Virus record (IMG/VR): IMGVR_UViG_2660238492_000006
Span: 25,679-89,678 of that record
Origin: a virus
Taxonomy: Duplodnaviria; Caudoviricetes
Direction: 5' to 3' (one strand)
DNA: 64,000 nucleotides
The position numbers were made by a program, and so were the translations under genes. Shown here piece by piece: positions 60,086-64,000 of this stretch. The notes under the pieces were generated by a model. That model was not told the DNA's origin, did no database searches, and saw only the letters and a program-made list of their open reading frames with translations. The stretch's first letter is position 1. Every line of letters begins with the position of its first letter.

Positions 60086-60313
60086 ATGTTGAAAGGGGGT
60101 GTTTTTATGAACAAAGACTTTAATGATTTTTTAGCAACAATCACTATGGATGACTTTGACCAGATTTCTGAGTCTGTCAATAATGCAAATATTAAAATAG
60201 GCAATCCAGCTAAGGATGTTAACGCCATGACTCTTCCAAATGGTATTGCAACTGTAAATTTTATTATGACTATACAACTTCTTGGTCGTTATCATGATTG
60301 GTTAAATAGTTAG
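60086..60313 (+). CDS. Small opposite-strand accessory protein (start probably 60107)
   Basis: GGGGGTG RBS before MNKDFNDFL. Confidence 0.65.
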   Translation: MLKGGVFMNKDFNDFLATITMDDFDQISESVNNANIKIGNPAKDVNAMTLPNGIATVNFIMTIQLLGRYHDWLNS

Positions 60314-60701
60314 TTGTTGATTTGGCTATAATTTCACTATCAATGTGAAAGACTATTGGTTCCTGCTCTTGAATTGGCACTTCTTGAGCAGTTCCTACTG
60401 GAATACCTATTTCATCTCTAACTAGTCTTATTTGACTATCTGTAATAACTACTGTGCAATGTGGATCATAATTCTTTTTTAAATAATCCACTACTGGTTT
60501 ACATACTTCCTCTAATTTTTTTAGTTCTTCTTTTTTACTCATTGAAATTAATTCTAGGCATTGATTATATTCAGCTTCAGTCAAACTTCCTTCTTGTAAT
60601 TGAGAATTTAATCCTTGCAAAACTCTTTTCTTACTTGTATTGCTTAAGTTATAAAAAGTACCATCATTTAGATATAATGTATTGTTAATTATTCGTATCA
60701 T
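60270..60701 (-). CDS. Hypothetical early protein
   Basis: ORF track; AAGGAGG RBS. Confidence 0.7.
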   Translation of the reverse strand: MIRIINNTLYLNDGTFYNLSNTSKKRVLQGLNSQLQEGSLTEAEYNQCLELISMSKKEELKKLEEVCKPVVDYLKKNYDPHCTVVITDSQIRLVRDEIGIPVGTAQEVPIQEQEPIVFHIDSEIIAKSTTNYLTNHDNDQEVV

Positions 60702-60744
60702 TTATATTCCTCCTTACAATTCTGTTATTATGTTGATTACTAAC

Positions 60745-61653
60745 TTAAACAACATTCTTTTTATCTACACCATATTTAATTGCTAGTTCTTTTACTATTG
60801 CAACATAGCCTTCAACTAGTCTACTTTCTTTTTCAATCACATCTAGATAATTAGCTTGATTCCTTTTAGATACGCAAACTCCTTCATCTGCCATTCTTCT
60901 ACGCATATTTGTTAGTTTGACATCTAATTTTACTTTTAATCTAATTCTCATAAGTCCATAAATTTCTCTATTAACATCACCTATAAAACTATTTCCACCT
61001 AATTTATGTGCTATCTTAACTATTATTCTTCTGCAATCTTCTCTCCAACTCATAGTGCTTGTATTAATAGCAACTACATCTCTAATTCCTTGTAGTGCTT
61101 CTTGATTTTCTTGTGTAGCAACCCTTACTGCTTGTACTTCTCCCTTAATTGCTTTCATTTCCTGTAAACTTGATATTAAAATATCTTCTATACAAACTGG
61201 TTTTAGTTCCTCAAGTTTCGCCCTCATATTAAAATATCCATCAACAAGTTTTTCATATTGCTCCCATGCAACATCATCTTCTAAGATTTTTAATAATTTT
61301 GAATATCCTCTTTCTGAAAGAATATAAATTCCGCTTGAATATCCTTTAGCTTTTAAACCTTTTGATGAATTTATTGATTGTTGAGTAAATCCAAACTCTT
61401 TTATTTGGGTATCTGTTAAACCGATACCTAGCAAATCAATTATGTCTATGCTATCTTTAAATCTTTTTCTATTGAGAGTGATCCTTTCATTTATTTCTCT
61501 TGGTTCTCTACCATGAATCAAAGCTATATCTTTAGCTAACATGGCTTTTTTACCATCACCAAATCCTCCTTCAATATCGTGAAATTTCATTCCTTCCACT
61601 TCTTTAACACCTCTTAATTTGATTTGAGATGCTTCTAAAACTTTTTTATCCAT
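60745..61653 (-). CDS. Antirepressor-like protein (ORF6N domain)
   Basis: IEGGFG..MLAKDIA.IH..IN..NRKRF; IYILSERGY.KL.KI. Confidence 0.85.
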   Translation of the reverse strand: MDKKVLEASQIKLRGVKEVEGMKFHDIEGGFGDGKKAMLAKDIALIHGREPREINERITLNRKRFKDSIDIIDLLGIGLTDTQIKEFGFTQQSINSSKGLKAKGYSSGIYILSERGYSKLLKILEDDVAWEQYEKLVDGYFNMRAKLEELKPVCIEDILISSLQEMKAIKGEVQAVRVATQENQEALQGIRDVVAINTSTMSWREDCRRIIVKIAHKLGGNSFIGDVNREIYGLMRIRLKVKLDVKLTNMRRRMADEGVCVSKRNQANYLDVIEKESRLVEGYVAIVKELAIKYGVDKKNVV

Positions 61654-61824
61654 ATATTCTCCTCCTTAAATTAACTCGTTATATTATTCTCCTAATCTCT
61701 TAAGCTGAAAATTACTGAATGTAATTGCTTTTGAGTTTTAGATGTGCTTGTACAATTTATTTGTTATGTGAATTTGCTTTCTTCTTTAATATTTCATAAA
61801 AATATTTGTCAGCTTCAGTCATAA

Positions 61825-62037
61825 TTACACCTCATCCCCTTTTAATATTTCCTTATAATCAACACCTAAAGCACTTGCTAATTTTCCAATAGTATCAGTT
61901 CTAACTTTAGAACTATCATCACCGTTCAAAATCTTAGAAATTTGAGATTTTGAAATTTTAGCTTTATTAGCTAGGTCGCTATAAGTCATTTGATTTTTGA
62001 TTACTAACCCCTTAAGTTTGTCTCTATCTATTGCCAT
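61825..62037 (-). CDS. Cro-like XRE regulator
   Basis: HTH; divergent from the repressor. Confidence 0.88.
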   Translation of the reverse strand: MAIDRDKLKGLVIKNQMTYSDLANKAKISKSQISKILNGDDSSKVRTDTIGKLASALGVDYKEILKGDEV

Positions 62038-62077
62038 GTGTTTTACCTCCCTTCCACAGTTTTAATTATAATACTTT

Positions 62078-62247
62078 AGTTTCATTTTTAAAACTTTCAT
62101 ATCATGTAATAGCATTAAATTAACTTGCAAATTCTATTATATTATTAATCATACGCATTTATTCTTATTGTTTTAATTTTTATTCCAAAAGTTTGTTTTT
62201 TAAAACTTTGTACTTATTTTATAGTATTTAGTTGAATTTTTGAAACT
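62078..62247. promoter_or_regulatory. Phage B immunity operators AGTT-N9-AAACT
   Basis: Three 18-bp imperfect palindromes at 62078-62095, 62190-62207 and 62230-62247 between cro and the repressor. Confidence 0.7.
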
Positions 62248-62279
62248 TTTTTAGTATAATATTATCGAGGTGAAAATAA

Positions 62280-62636
62280 ATGAATTTTTTAGAAAGACTA
62301 AATAAATACATGGAAAATAATAATCTAAGACAAATAGATTTGGTAGAGAAGTGCAATGTAAATAAAAGTTATATAAGTGGACTTTTAAGTAATAAAAGAA
62401 CACCAAACATTGAGTTTCTAACAGCATTAAGCAATATTAGTGGTAAAAGTATTAATTGGTGGCTTTACGGGGATGAAATTAGAAGTGATTTATATGCTCT
62501 TAATGAATTAATAGATTTCTTCATTTCTAAAGGCGATATAAAAGAAAATGGAGAAATGGATGAAGGGACAAGAAGCATATTACACACAATGTTAGATAAA
62601 GAAATTAGAGTTAAATTACAAAATAAAAAGGCGTAA
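62280..62636 (+). CDS. XRE-family phage repressor
   Basis: HTH_3; SINWWLYG. Confidence 0.88.
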   Translation: MNFLERLNKYMENNNLRQIDLVEKCNVNKSYISGLLSNKRTPNIEFLTALSNISGKSINWWLYGDEIRSDLYALNELIDFFISKGDIKENGEMDEGTRSILHTMLDKEIRVKLQNKKA

Positions 62637-62827
62637 CTAATTGCTACGTCTTTTTTTTATTACTTCCCATAAATATTCATCTGCTTCAGTCACCTTTACC
62701 ATCTCCTCACCATTGGAAATATTTAAACATTGCAAACATAATTTGCTTTGTCTTAAAATTATTATATACCCAAAAAGGTTGTGTATATTACAACTTTTCC
62801 CCATAATCAGACATTTGAAAAAGTGAG

Positions 62828-63064
62828 GTGTTAACTATATTAAGGCACAAAAGAAAAATAAAAGGTCTAAATCAATCGCAATTAGGTAGAAAGATACGAA
62901 AAAGTAAAAGTTATGTAAGTAGGCTTGAAAGAAAAGTAAAAAAATATGAGCCAAACTTGCATATGATAAAAAAATTAAGTAAAGAATTGGAATGTTGCCC
63001 TATAGAATTGTTTCTATTTTTTTCAGATATTGATTGTAAATATTTTAAGAATAATAAAAACTAA
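62828..63064 (+). CDS. XRE HTH regulator
   Basis: LNQSQLG..KSKSYVSRLE. Confidence 0.85.
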   Translation: MLTILRHKRKIKGLNQSQLGRKIRKSKSYVSRLERKVKKYEPNLHMIKKLSKELECCPIELFLFFSDIDCKYFKNNKN

Positions 63065-63199
63065 TTTTTTAAAATAGCAAATATATAATAATAAATATAA
63101 TGACAATAATACCGTCTTTCACTGCCATTATCAGACGATTTAGTCTGCATTATACCTACATATGCTCCTGTATAATTAAATATAAAGGAGTGTATTAAG

Positions 63200-63490
63200 T
63201 TGTTAGGAGATAGAATTAAATCACTTAGAAAAGAGCAAGGAATTACACAGGACCAGCTTGCAGAATATATAAATGTATCTAGATCAAGTGTAAATGGATA
63301 TGAAAATGACGGTGTAGAACCTAGTTTAAGTGTTCTGGTAAAGATATCTGATAGATTTAATGTAAGTTTAGACTACCTATTGGAAAGAACTGAAGAAAAA
63401 CATAATATAAATTTATTGGATGCAGATGCTAAAGAATTTTTATTAAAAATAATTGAACTTGCAAATGATTATAAAATAATAAAGAAGTAA
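63200..63490 (+). CDS. XRE HTH regulator
   Basis: GDRIKSLRKE...FNVSLDYLL; paralogue of 16275..16568. Confidence 0.9.
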   Translation: MLGDRIKSLRKEQGITQDQLAEYINVSRSSVNGYENDGVEPSLSVLVKISDRFNVSLDYLLERTEEKHNINLLDADAKEFLLKIIELANDYKIIKK

Positions 63491-63529
63491 TCTACATAAT
63501 TTAATATGTAAGATTACTTCTTTTGCTTC

Positions 63530-64000
63530 TTATTTTTTCTTATTTTTTTTCATTTTAATGTAGTTAGTACTAAATTCCTGTAAAATATTATAGTTATTAA
63601 CCTCTTTATTTAAATCTGATACTAAAACATTAATATATTTTTGAGTCATGTCTAAGCTACTATGGCCTAAAATTTTTTGCAATGCCACAATATTGTTGCC
63701 ATTAAGTACCCATTTTTTAGCAAATGTATGTCTAAATCTGTGTATTCCAGTAGTAGTAACACCTCTGGAATTATTATAGTGTCTTATTGCAGTCCCAAGC
63801 GAATTTCTATTTAAAGGCTTTCCCCAAATGGTGCAGAATAATATTTCGTCTTTATCTCCACCACGTTGATATAAATATTCTTTTAAAATTGTAAGAATCT
63901 GATTGTTAAGTGGAACAATTAAAGCCTTTCTATTTTTAGTATGAGTTATATTTATTGTACTAGTATCAAAATCAATATCCCCTATTTTTATATTAGCCAA
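63530..64000 (-). CDS. int: Tyrosine integrase, C-terminal part (5' end outside the window)
   Basis: HTK.RK, HRFRHTFA, LGHS..MT..Y. Confidence 0.9.
   Translation of the reverse strand: MANIKIGDIDFDTSTINITHTKNRKALIVPLNNQILTILKEYLYQRGGDKDEILFCTIWGKPLNRNSLGTAIRHYNNSRGVTTTGIHRFRHTFAKKWVLNGNNIVALQKILGHSSLDMTQKYINVLVSDLNKEVNNYNILQEFSTNYIKMKKNKKK

Larger units (their letters stand above)
22476..64000 (-). mobile_element. Temperate phage B, contractile tail (left boundary uncertain; continues right of the window)
   Basis: Complete lysis-tail-head-packaging-replication-immunity-integrase gene order. Confidence 0.9.

Noticed and set aside
1260-60688. Many plus-strand ORFs overlapping minus-strand genes (e.g. 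1260, 4189, 6131, 14006, 25581, 30027, 33619, 37419, 52336)
   Set aside because: Antisense shadows with Ser/Phe/Leu-rich composition, no RBS and fully overlapping well-supported genes
1-64000. tRNA, rRNA, tmRNA or IS elements
   Set aside because: No recognisable cloverleaf/T-loop signatures, rRNA sequence or transposase ORFs found by eye

Overview
Low-GC, Clostridium-like sequence made entirely of temperate-phage DNA, with almost all genes on the minus strand. Two different phage gene sets lie in tandem. Phage A (about 1-16.6 kb) has a DUF2213 protease, F-like head protein, DUF1073 portal, PBSX-type terminase, serine resolvase, small tyrosine recombinase, early genes, SSB, replication initiator and an immunity region. 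Phage B (about 22.4-64 kb) is a contractile-tail phage with lysis, tail and head genes, Tad1, terminase, HNH, primase-helicase, Sak4/Gam recombination genes, an immunity region and a partial integrase. Between them (16.6-22.4 kb) is a plasmid-like module. It contains a VirD4/HerA-type ATPase with pilin-like membrane partners behind a SigK-type promoter, ParA with a small RHH-like partner, and about 1 kb with no ORF of 60 aa or more. That non-coding stretch has a DnaA-box promoter, a convergent antisense RNA, attenuator hairpins and a long structured RNA, which suggests a Rep-less, RNA-controlled replicon. A second unexplained signal is a family of 24-bp arm-N8-arm palindromic sites at accessory-gene boundaries and inside the tail-fibre gene, suggestive of a cassette-exchange system. 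All functional calls come from motif recognition by eye; no searches were run.
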